A stretch of DNA of 64,000 nt from Squalus acanthias. Lineage: Eukaryota. The position numbers and the translations under genes are program-made. Every line of letters starts with the position of its first letter. The first letter of the stretch is position 1. Positions 26,341 through 36,600 of this stretch are shown in pieces. The notes beneath the pieces were generated by a model, which did no database searches, had not been told where the DNA came from, and saw only the letters and a program-made list of their open reading frames with translations. The stretch is taken from positions 151,096,001 through 151,160,000 of the forward strand of contig CM059432.1 in assembly GCA_030390025.1 (NCBI GenBank), in the 5' to 3' direction.

Positions 26341-28156
26341 ATGAAGGCACAACAGGAGAGCGAGTGTGCATCTAGGTTCTCCGACGCAGCACTGGTGGAC
26401 CTTGGTCCAGGAGGTCAACACCAGGAGAGAGGACCTCTTTCCACAGGGGGCCAGGAGGCCCTCCAGGCATCGGACCAGAGTGCGGTGGGAGCAGATAGAC
26501 ACTGTGGTCAATGCCAGCAGTGTAGCCCCGAGGACATGGACGCAGTGCAGGAAGAAGTTTAATGACCTCACATGAGTGGTCAAGGTGAGTGAATTCATCT
26601 TCAACTGCCATAGCCCACCATCTGCACCACTAGCCTCACACACTGCTCAATGCACCAACACCCCCATCACTCACCTACCAACAATCTCTACCAACCATGA
26701 CTCACACCTCACATTCATAGCTTCACCTCACCAGCACACACTTACCACTGCTGCAAGCCTCATCTTACAGCTTGAACACACTGTCAGCTATTCAACCATG
26801 ACAGCCACATCAACCAAGCACATTACACCACACTCACCGACACACTTTGCTTTCTCTCGCAGGAAAAGGTGCCGCATACCCGGCGCCAGCAGAACTTAAC
26901 CGGCGGGGGACAGCCTCGCCTGCATGACCTCAGCCCCATGGAGGAGACGGTGCTGGCCATTCTTGGCAGGGGCATGGCTGAGCCCTTGGCCAGCGGTGGG
27001 GCTGAAAGGATACAAGATAGGTTATCCTCCTTCTCACATCCCACTTCCCCCTCATCCCACATTCTCTTCTGATTTACAAGCTGCACATGGTATAAGCACG
27101 CAGCTCTTGCTTTCCCACCCTCCCCTCACCACAACCCTACCCTTGTGCCTTTCTCATTTCAGACACCCAAGAAATCCAGCCTGCCTAGCCAGTGCTTCAA
27201 GAAGAAGAGGGAGAGGAGAGTGAAGAAGAAGAAGAAGAAGAAGAAACACTGTTACTCGATTTCACACTCCCAGCCACCAGCTCAGATACTGACACTCCGT
27301 GTACTTTAGAGAATAGGTTAGATGAGGGATCTGCATGTGGTGAGACACCGGGCACGAGTGGCCTGCAGTCAGGGCAGGGGGAAAGGGTAACTCAGGTACC
27401 TGCTCCCCGGAAGGCAAGGTAGCACACGAGTCCTGCTGCACGGGACTCAGATGAAGACTTTGATGGGGCGGCCTACAGAAGAATGCTGATGGGTATGCAC
27501 AATGAAATGCTTGGTGCATTGGCACGCCTGCCAGAAAGCCTGAATGCAATGTCAAGGAGGAGTCCAGCTCCAGCCTTGCACAGGGCTTTCAGGAGCGCTT
27601 GGAGCCCATCCTTCCCAGCGTGGAAGGGGTTGGCAGATCCATTAACGCACTTGTGGACCCAACCATCATGCCATGTCTGATGGCCAAAGTCTCAGCTTCC
27701 ATTGCAGCACCAGCAGAAGCCACCCAACGTCTGAGTGCTGCAATGGAAGCTCAGGTTACTGCCACGCAAGCACAGACTGCTGCAATCATGGGTGGGTTTA
27801 CCAGTGTTGAGAGGGGCTTGCAGGGTGTCACAGCAGTCCAGCAGTCTGTACTCCAACAGATTACTAGGATTGCTGAGGCGCTGTCCCAGGGGAGCGGCAG
27901 TGGATCAGTGGAGGCCAAACCTGCTGTCCTCGCTCAGGATGACAGCATTCATACTCCCATCACTGCCATCTTGCTGTTGCCTGTCAGCCAGCTGCCCAGA
28001 CTGCTGCTGCCCATGCCGAGGTGGTGCAGTCCGAAGCCGGGCCTACTAGGCCCAGAGCTCCTTGGGGTCGTCCTGCAAGGGCATCTGCCGACTCCCCCAC
28101 TGAAAGTCATCAGCCTTCCACCAGCCATGCTGCAGCCACTGGGTAGCACTGCATAG
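26341..28156 (+). pseudogene. Harbinger Myb/SANT (trihelix, NAIF1/MSANTD-like) DNA-binding protein, 3 exons: 26341-26584, 26863-~27020, 27163-~28156
   Basis: RFSDAAL..LVQEV..R..LF..WEQI..VN..RTWTQCRKKFNDL; donor AAG|GTGAGT; acceptors tttctctcgcag and ttctcatttcag; exon 2 TGGG motif; acidic then coiled-coil-like tail. Has frameshifts and stops. Confidence 0.88.
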
Positions 28157-28394
28157 GAGCACTAGGATAGGCAAAGGCACACGGAAGACAGGCACTAAAG
28201 GAATGCACAAGGGTGATAAGTTGATTTTTTTTATGTAATATTGGATGGATAGATGAATGAAGTTGGTTTGGAAAGTTTGCTTTGTGGTGGCTTTTATTTC
28301 AACGTTGTGGCCAAGAGGACATCATGATGGTCAATAACAGAGGGAAGGGAAGGTGTGGGACTAATGTTGAAAGGGGAATTGGGGTTGCATTCAC

Positions 28395-29249
28395 TCTGGT
28401 CAGAGAGAAGACAATGAAATCCCCTCTCCAGGCATAAAGAGCGTCTGTCACCTCAATTATGCAGCAGTGGATGTCGAACTGGGAGATGTTACAGATGTCA
28501 CCTGCTCCAGCCTGGAAGGATCCCGACACGAAGAAATTCAGAAATTTATCGGGTACGGTAGCGTAGCGGTTATGTCACTGGACTAGTAATCCAGAGATGT
28601 GAGTTCAAATCCCAATATATAAATCTGGAATAAAAAGCTCGTATCAGTAATGGTGACAATGAAACTATCGGATTGTCGTAAAAACCCATCTGGTTCACTA
28701 ATGTCCTTTCGGGAAGGAAATCTGCTGTCCTTACCCGGTCTGGCCTATATGTGACTCCAGACCCACAGCAATGTGGTTGACTCTTAACTGCCCGCTGAAA
28801 TGGCCGAGCGAGACACTCAGTTGTATAAAGCGCCTCACCACCACCTTCTCGAGGGTAATTAGGAATGGTCAATAAATGCCGGCCCTGCCGGCGACGCCCA
28901 CATCCCTGTGAACTAATAAATTTTTTTAAAGGTCCACGGTTACCTTGGCAGCCACTGGCAGCGCTGTCCTTGCCCTCATGTGTGAGGCTGCAGGTCTGGT
29001 TGCAAGAGGTGGCAGAGTTCTGTGAGCACCTTCTTCATAAAGCGCCGATGCCTCACACACTGCTCCTGGCTCAGGTTGAGGGAAGAGAATTGCTCTCGGA
29101 AGACCCTAGGTGGGTAAGGCCTCCTGCTGAGAGCCCTTCTCCCCCTCCTCCTCCTCCCTCTGCGAGCAGCTTGTCCTCTTCTTCGCTGCCTCTGCTCCAT
29201 CTCCCTGTCGTGCTGCAGGCCAAGGGGGGGTGACAACTGGAGCCCCCAA
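28395..29249 (-). pseudogene. Harbinger transposase N-terminal half (HARBI1-like); DDE core deleted; interrupted by a SINE
   Basis: RRPYPPRVFREQFSSLNLSQEQCV..F.K..LTELCHLLQPDLQP, then after the SINE LNFFVSGSFQAGAGDICNISQ..HCCI.EVTDALY..FIVF. Confidence 0.88.
28551..28930 (+). mobile_element. tRNA-derived SINE (second family) inserted in the transposase
   Basis: A-box tagcgtagcgg, B-box gagttcaaatcc, central ctggttcactaatgtcctttcgggaaggaaatctgc domain, and a tail shared with the LINE at 22297-22390. Confidence 0.85.
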
Positions 29250-29398
29250 CGACTGGGAGCAAGCGGTCTAAGCAGAACCCTTGATGTCAGAAGCAAGGCT
29301 TTCTCCACTTGCAGCACCACTCCCCGTCACCTCACCAACTTTAAACAACTCTAGAAAGCTCCAAACACTTCCACAAATTTACACAGAGCCAGTAGAAA

Positions 29399-29898
29399 NN
29401 NNNNNNNNNNNNNNNNNNNNNNNNNNNNNNNNNNNNNNNNNNNNNNNNNNNNNNNNNNNNNNNNNNNNNNNNNNNNNNNNNNNNNNNNNNNNNNNNNNNN
29501 NNNNNNNNNNNNNNNNNNNNNNNNNNNNNNNNNNNNNNNNNNNNNNNNNNNNNNNNNNNNNNNNNNNNNNNNNNNNNNNNNNNNNNNNNNNNNNNNNNNN
29601 NNNNNNNNNNNNNNNNNNNNNNNNNNNNNNNNNNNNNNNNNNNNNNNNNNNNNNNNNNNNNNNNNNNNNNNNNNNNNNNNNNNNNNNNNNNNNNNNNNNN
29701 NNNNNNNNNNNNNNNNNNNNNNNNNNNNNNNNNNNNNNNNNNNNNNNNNNNNNNNNNNNNNNNNNNNNNNNNNNNNNNNNNNNNNNNNNNNNNNNNNNNN
29801 NNNNNNNNNNNNNNNNNNNNNNNNNNNNNNNNNNNNNNNNNNNNNNNNNNNNNNNNNNNNNNNNNNNNNNNNNNNNNNNNNNNNNNNNNNNNNNNNNN
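29399..29898. other. Assembly gap, 500 N
   Basis: Exactly 500 N, which suggests a placeholder size. Confidence 0.99.
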
Positions 29899-30262
29899 GG
29901 GAGCAGTGCTGGGGGAGGTGCTGTCCTGTCGGGGGGGCAGTACTGGGGGAGATGCTGTCCTGTCGGGAGCAGTGCTGTGGGAGGTGCTGTCCTGTCGGGG
30001 CGGCAGTGCTGGGGTGGGTGCTGTCCTGTCGGGGGCAGTGCTGGGAGAGGTGCTGTCCTGTCGGGGTGGGGTGCTGTCCTGTCGGGGGCAGTGTTGGGAG
30101 AGGTGCTGTCCTGTCGGGGTGGGGTGCTGTCCTGTCGGGGGCAGTGCTGGGGTGGGTGCTGTCCTATCTGGGAGCAGTGCTGGGGGAGGTGCTGTCCTGT
30201 CGGGGGGCAGTGCTGGGGTGGGTGCTGTCCTATTGGGGCTGTACTGGGGAAGCGCTGCGCTC
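29899..30262 (+). repeat. G-rich ~33-bp minisatellite GGGGCAGTGCTGGGGGAGGTGCTGTCCTGTCGG (with shorter units) abutting the gap
   Basis: About 11-12 tandem units visible. Confidence 0.88.
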
Positions 30263-30315
30263 AGTCAATGCTTTACTGCCAATGAAGTACTTCTGTAAAG
30301 TGTACTCACTGTTGT

Positions 30316-30417
30316 CGTCTTCTTCTTAGGCAGTCCCTCGGAACAGAGGATGACTTGCTTCCACATTAAAAATCAGTTCTCAGGTGACTGATGAGTCTAA
30401 TGCGGGACCTACAGTCT
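30316..30417 (-). mobile_element. RTE-clade LINE 3' end, 102 bp, with 7-bp TSD
   Basis: Minus strand (R)DCRSRIRLISHLRT (C-terminal zinc-finger-like motif) and tail ggaagcaagtcatcctc..gagggactgcctaagaagaaga; CTGTTGT at 30309-30315 and 30418-30424. Confidence 0.75.
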
Positions 30418-30633
30418 CTGTTGTAATGTAGGAAACGTGGCTGCCAAATTGCGCACGGCAAGGTCCCACAAACAGCAATATGATGAGGACGAGATAATCT
30501 GATTTTTGGTGAGGGATGAATATTGGCCAGGACACCGGGGAGAACACCCCTGCTCCTCTTCGAATAATGCCATGGGATCTTTTACGTCCCACCTGAGGGG
30601 GCATCGGTTTAACGTCTCATCCGAAAGACGACA

Positions 30634-33600
30634 CCTCCGACAGTGCAGCACTCCCTCAGTACTGCCCCTCCGACAGTGCAGCACTCCCTCAGTACTGCCC
30701 CTCCGACAGTGCAGCGCTCCCTCAGTACTGCCCCTCCGACAGTGCAGCGCTCCCTCAGTACTGCCCCTCCGACAGTGCAGCACTCCCTCAGTACTGCCCC
30801 TCCGACAGTGCAGCGCTCCCTCAGTACTGCCCCTCCGACAGTGCAGCGCTCCCTCAGTACTGACCCTCCGACAGTGCAGCTCCCTCAGTACTGCCCCTCC
30901 GACAGTGCAGCGCTCCCTCAGTACTGCCCCTCCGACAGTGCAGCGCTCCCTCAGTACTGCCCCTCCGACAGTGCAGCGCTCCCTCAGTACTGTCCCTCCG
31001 ACAGTGCAGCGCTCCCTCAGTACTGTCCCTCCGACAGTGCAGCGCTCCCTCAGTGCCGCCCCTCCGACAGTGCAGCGCTCCCTCAGTACTGCTCCTCCGA
31101 CAGTGCAGCACTCCCTCAGTGCCGTCCCTCCGACAGTGCAGCGCTCCCTCAGTACTGCCCCTCCGACAGTGCAGCGCTCCCTCAGTACTGACCCTCCGAC
31201 AGTGCAGCGCTCCCTCAGTACCGCCCCTCCGACAGTGCGGCGCTCCCTCAGTACCGCCCCTCCGACAGTGCGGCACTCCCTCAGTACCGCCCCTCCGACA
31301 GTGCAGCGCTCCCTCAGTACTGCCCCTGCGACAGTGCAGCGCTCCCTCAGTACTGTCCCTCCGACAGTGCAGGGCTCCCTCAGTACTGTCCCTCCGACAG
31401 TGCAGCGCTCCCTCAGTACTGCTCCTCCGACAGTGCAGCGCTCCCTCAGTACTGCCCCTCCGACAGTGCAGCACTCCTTCAGTACCGCCCCTCTGACAGT
31501 GTAGCACTCCCTCAGTACTGCCTCTCCGATAGTGCAGCGCTCCCTCAGTACTGCCTCTCCGACAGTGCAGCGCTCCCTCAGTACTGCCCCTCTGACAGTG
31601 CAGCGCTCCCTCAGTACTGCCCCTCCGACAGTGCAGCGCTCCCTCAGTACTGACCCTCCGACAGTGCAGCGCTCCCTCAGTACTGACCCTCCGACAGTGC
31701 AGCGCTCCCTCAGTACTGACCCTCCGACAGTGCAGCGCTCCCTCAGTACTGCCCCTCTGACAGTGCCGCGCTCCCTCAGTACTGCCCCTCCGACAGTGCA
31801 GCACTCCCTCAGTGCCGCCCCTCCGACAGTGCAGCGCTCCCTCAGTACTGCCCCTCCGACAGTGCAGCGCTCCCTCAGTACTGACCCTCCGACAGTGCAG
31901 CGCTCCCTCAGTACCGCCCCTCCGACAGTGCGGCGCTCCCTCAGTACCGCCCCTCCGACAGTGCGGCACTCCCTCAGTACCGCCCCTCCGACAGTGCAGC
32001 GCTCCCTCAGTACTGCCCCTGCGACAGTGCAGCGCTCCCTCAGTACTGTCCCTCCGACAGTGCAGGGCTCCCTCAGTACTGTCCCTCCGACAGTGCAGCG
32101 CTCCCTCAGTACTGCTCCTCCGACAGTGCAGCGCTCCCTCAGTACTGCCCCTCCGACAGTGCAGCACTCCTTCAGTACCGCCCCTCTGACAGTGTAGCAC
32201 TCCCTCAGTACTGCCTCTCCGACAGTGCAGCGCTCCCTCAGTACTGCCTCTCCGACAGTGCAGCGCTCCCTCAGTACTGCCCCTCTGACAGTGCAGCGCT
32301 CCCTCAGTACTGCCCCTCCGACAGTGCAGCGCTCCCTCAGTACTGACCCTCCGACAGTGCAGCGCTCCCTCAGTACTGACCCTCCGACAGTGCAGCGCTC
32401 CCTCAGTACTGACCCTCCGACAGTGCAGCGCTCCCTCAGTACTGCCCCTCTGACAGTGCCGCGCTCCCTCAGTACTGCCCCTCCGACAGTGCAGCACTCC
32501 CTCAGTGCCGCCACTCCGACAGTGCAGCGCTCCCTCAGTGCCGCCCCTCCGACAGTGCAGCGCTCCCTCAGTACCGCCCCTCCGACAGTGCAGCGCTCCC
32601 TCAGTGCCGCCACTCCGACAGTGCAGCGCTCCCTCAGTACTGTCCCTCCGACAGTGCAGCGCTCCCTCAGTGCCGCCCCTCCGACAGTGCAGCGCTCCCT
32701 CAGTACTGCTCCTCCGACAGTGCAGCACTCCCTCAGTGCCGCCCCTCCGACAGTGCAGCGCTCCCTCAGTACTGCCCCTCCGACAGTGCAGCACTCCCTC
32801 AGTACTGACCCTCCGACAGTGCAGCGCTCCCTCAGTACCGCCCCTCCGACAGTGCGGCGCTCCCTCAGTACCGCCCCTCCGACAGTGCAGCACTCCCTCA
32901 GTACCGCCCCTCCGACAGTGCAGCGCTCCCTCAGTACTGCCCCTGCGACAGTGCAGCGCTCCCTCAGTACTGTCCCTCCGACAGTGCAGGGCTCCCTCAG
33001 TACTGTCCCTCCGACAGTGCAGCGCTCCCTCAGTACTGCTCCTCCGACAGTGCAGCGCTCCCTCAGTACTGCCCCTCCGACAGTGCAGCACTCCTTCAGT
33101 ACCGCCCCTCTGACAGTGTAGCACTCCCTCAGTACTGCCTCTCCGATAGTGCAGCGCTCCCTCAGTACTGCCCCTCCGACAGTGCAGCGCTCCCTCAGTA
33201 CTGCCCCTCTGACAGTGCAGCGCTCCCTCAGTACTGCCCCTCCGACAGTGCAGCGCTCCCTCAGTACTGACCCTCCGACAGTGTAGCGCTCCCTCAGTAC
33301 TGACCCTCCGACAGTGCAGCGCTCCCTCAGTACTGACCCTCCGACAGTGCAGCGCTCCCTCAGTACTGCCCCTCTGACAGTGCCGCGCTCCCTCAGTACT
33401 GCCCCTCCGACAGTGCAGCACTCCCTCAGTGCCGCCACTCCGACAGTGCAGCGCTCCCTCAGTGCCGCCCCTCCGACAGTGCAGCGCTCCCTCAGTACCG
33501 CCCCTCTGACAGTGCCGCGCTCCCTCAGTACTGCCCCTCCGACAGTGCAGCACTCCCTCAGTGCCGCCACTCCGACAGTGCAGCGCTCCCTCAGTGCCGC

Positions 33601-36600
33601 CCCTCCGACAGTGCAGCGCTCCCTCAGTACTGCCCCTCCGACAGTTCAGCGCTCCCTCAGTGCCGCCACTCCGACAGTGCAGCGCTCCTCAGTGCCGCCC
33701 CTCCGACAGTGCAGCGCTCCCTCAGTACTGACCCTCCGACAGTGCAGCACTCCCTCAGTGCCGCCCCTCCGACAGTGCAGCACTCCTTCAGTACCGACCC
33801 TCCGACAGTGCAGCGCTCCCTCAGTATTGCCCCTCCGACAGTGCGGCGCTCCCTCAGTGCCGCCCCTCCGACAGTGCAGCACTCCCTCAGTACTGTCCCT
33901 CCAACAGTGCAGCGCACCCTCAGTACTGCCCCTACGATAGTGCGGCGCTCCCTCAGTACTGCCCCTCCGACAGTGCAGCGCTCCCTCAGTGCTGCCCCTC
34001 CGACAGTGCAGCGCTTCCTCAGTACTGCCCCTCCGACAGTGCAGCGCTCCCTCAGTACTGGCCCTCCGACAGTGCAGCACTCCCTCAGTTCCGCCCCTTC
34101 GACAGTGCAGCGCTCCCTCAGTGCCGCCCCTCCGACAGTGCAGCGCTCCCTCAGTGCCGCCCCTCCGACAGTGCAGCGCTCCGACAGTGCAGCACTCCCT
34201 CAGTGCCGCCCCTCCGCCAGTGCAGCGCTGCCTCAGTGCCGCCCCTCCGACAGTGCGGCACTCCCTCAGTGCCGCCCCTCCGACAGTGCGGCGCTCCCTC
34301 AGTGCCGCCCCTCCGACAGTGCAGCGCTCCCTCAGTACTGTCCCTCCGACAGTGCAGCGCTCCCTCAGTGCCGCCCATCCGACAGTGCGGCGCTCCCTCA
34401 GTGCTGCCCCTCCGACAGTGCAGCGCACCCTCAGTACTGCCCCTCCGACAGTGCAGCGCTCCCTCAGTACTGCCCCTCCGACAGTGCGGCACTCCCTCAG
34501 TACTGTCCCTCCGACAGTGCAGCGCACCCTCAGTACTGCCCCTCCGATAGTGCAGCGCTCCCTCAGTACTGCCCGTCCGACAGTGCAGCGCTCCCTCAGT
34601 GCTGCCCCTCCGACAGTGCAGCGCTTCGTCAGTACTGCCCCTCCGACAGTGCAGCGCTCCCTCAGTACTGGCCCTCCGACAGTGCAGCACTCCCTCAGTG
34701 CCGCCCCTCCGACAGTGCAACGCTCCCTCAGTACTGTCCCTCCGACAGTGCGGCGCTCCCTCAGTGCTGCCCCTCCGACAGTGCAGCGCTCCCTCAGTGC
34801 CGCCCCTCCGACAGTGCAGCGCTCCCTCAGTACCGCCCCTCTGACAGTCCAGCGCTTCCTCAGTACTGCCCCTCCGACAGTGCAGCGCTCCCTCAGTACT
34901 GACCCTCCGACAGTGCAGCACTCCCTCAGTGCCGCCCCTCCGACAGTGCAGCACTCCTTCAGTACCGCCCCTCCGACAGTGCGGCGCTCCCTCAGTGCCG
35001 CCCCTCCGACAGTGCAGCACTCCCTCAGTGTTGCCCCTCCGACAGTGCGGCGCTCCCTCAGTGCCACCCCTCCGACAGCGCGGCGCTCCCTCAGTGCTGC
35101 CCCTCCGACAGTGCAGCGCTTCCTCAGTACTGCCCCTCCGACAGTGCAGCGCTCCCTCAGTACTGGCCCTCCGACAGTGCAGCACTCCCTCGGTACCGCC
35201 CCTCCGACAGTGCAGCGCTCCCTCAGTGCTGCCCCTCCGACAGTGCGGCGCTCCCTCAGTGCCGCCCCTCCGACAGTGCAGCGCTCCCTCAGTACCGTCC
35301 CTCCGACAGTGCAGCGCTCCCTCAGTGCCGCCCCTCCGCCAGTGCAGCACTCCCTCAGTGCCGCCCCTCCGACAGTGCGGCGCTCCCTCAGTGCTGCCCC
35401 TCCGACAGTGCAGCGCACCCTCAGTACTGCCCCTCCGACAGTGCAGCGCTCCCTCAGTACTGCCCCTCCGACAGTGCAGCGCTCCCTCAGTACTGTCCCT
35501 CCGACAGTGCGGCACTCCCTCAGTACTGCCCCTCCGACAGTGCAGCGCTCCCTCAGTGCCGCCTCTCCGACAGTGCGGCACTCCCTCAGTACTGCCCCTC
35601 CGACAGTGCGGCACTCCCTCAGTACTGCCCCTCCGACAGTGCGGCGCTCCCTCAGTACTGCCCCTCCGACAGTGCAGCGCTCACTCAGTACTGCACCTCC
35701 GACAGTGCAGCGCTCCCTCAGTACTGTCCCTCTGACAGTGCAGCGCTCCCTCAGTACTGCCCCTCCGACAGTGCAGCGCTCCCTCAGTGCCGTCCCTCCG
35801 ACACTGCGGCGCTCCCTCAGTGCTGCCGCTCCGACAGCGCAGCGCTCCCTTAGTACCGCCCCTCCGACAGTGCGGCGCTCCCTCAGTGCTGCCGCTCCGA
35901 CAGTGCAGCGCTCCCTCAGTGCCGCCCCTCCGACAGTGCAGCGCTCCCTCAGTGCCGCACCTCCGGCAGTGCAGCGCTCCCTCAGTGCCGCCCCTCTGAC
36001 AGTGCAGCGCTCCCTCAGTGCTGCCGCTCCGACAGTGCAGCGATCCCTCATTACTGCCCCTCCGACAGTGCAGGGCTCCCTCAGTACTGCCCCTCCGACA
36101 GTGCAGCACTCCCTCAGTACTGCCCCTCCGACAGTGCGGCGCTCCCTCAGTACTGCCCCTCCGACAGTGCGGCGCTCCCTCAGTGCCGCACCTCCGGCAG
36201 TGCAGCGCTCCCTCAGTGCCGCCCCTCTAACAGTGCTGCCGCTCCGACAGTGCAGCGATCCCTCAGTGCCGCCCCTCCGACAGTGCAGCGCTCCCTCAGT
36301 GCCGCACTTCCGGCAGTGCAGCGCTCCCTCAGTGCCGCCTTTCTGACAGTGCAGCGCTCCCTCAGTGCTGCCGCTCCGACAGTGCAGCGATCCCTCAGTA
36401 CTGCCCCTCCGACAGTGCAGGGCTCCCTCAGTACTGCCCCTCCGACAGTGCAGCACTCTCTCAGTACTGCCCCTCCGACAGTGCAGGGCTCCCTCAGTAC
36501 TGCCCCTCCGACAGTGCGGCGCTCCCTCAGTACTGCCCCTCCGACAGTGCAGCGCTCCCTCAGTACTGCCCCTCCGACAGTGCAGCGCCCCCTCAGTACT

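Larger units (their letters stand above)
26051..29398. mobile_element. PIF/Harbinger transposon copy 1 (right end lost in the gap)
   Basis: Start ggccgaggaattggataagg matches the copy 2 terminus; carries a Myb/SANT gene (+) and a convergent transposase remnant (-). Confidence 0.9.

Noticed and set aside
26341..29249. Domesticated host NAIF1/HARBI1 genes
   Set aside because: Stops, frameshifts, a SINE insertion, transposon termini and a second copy nearby indicate transposon remnants.
29281..30285. 334-aa ORF spanning the gap
   Set aside because: Artefact of translating N.
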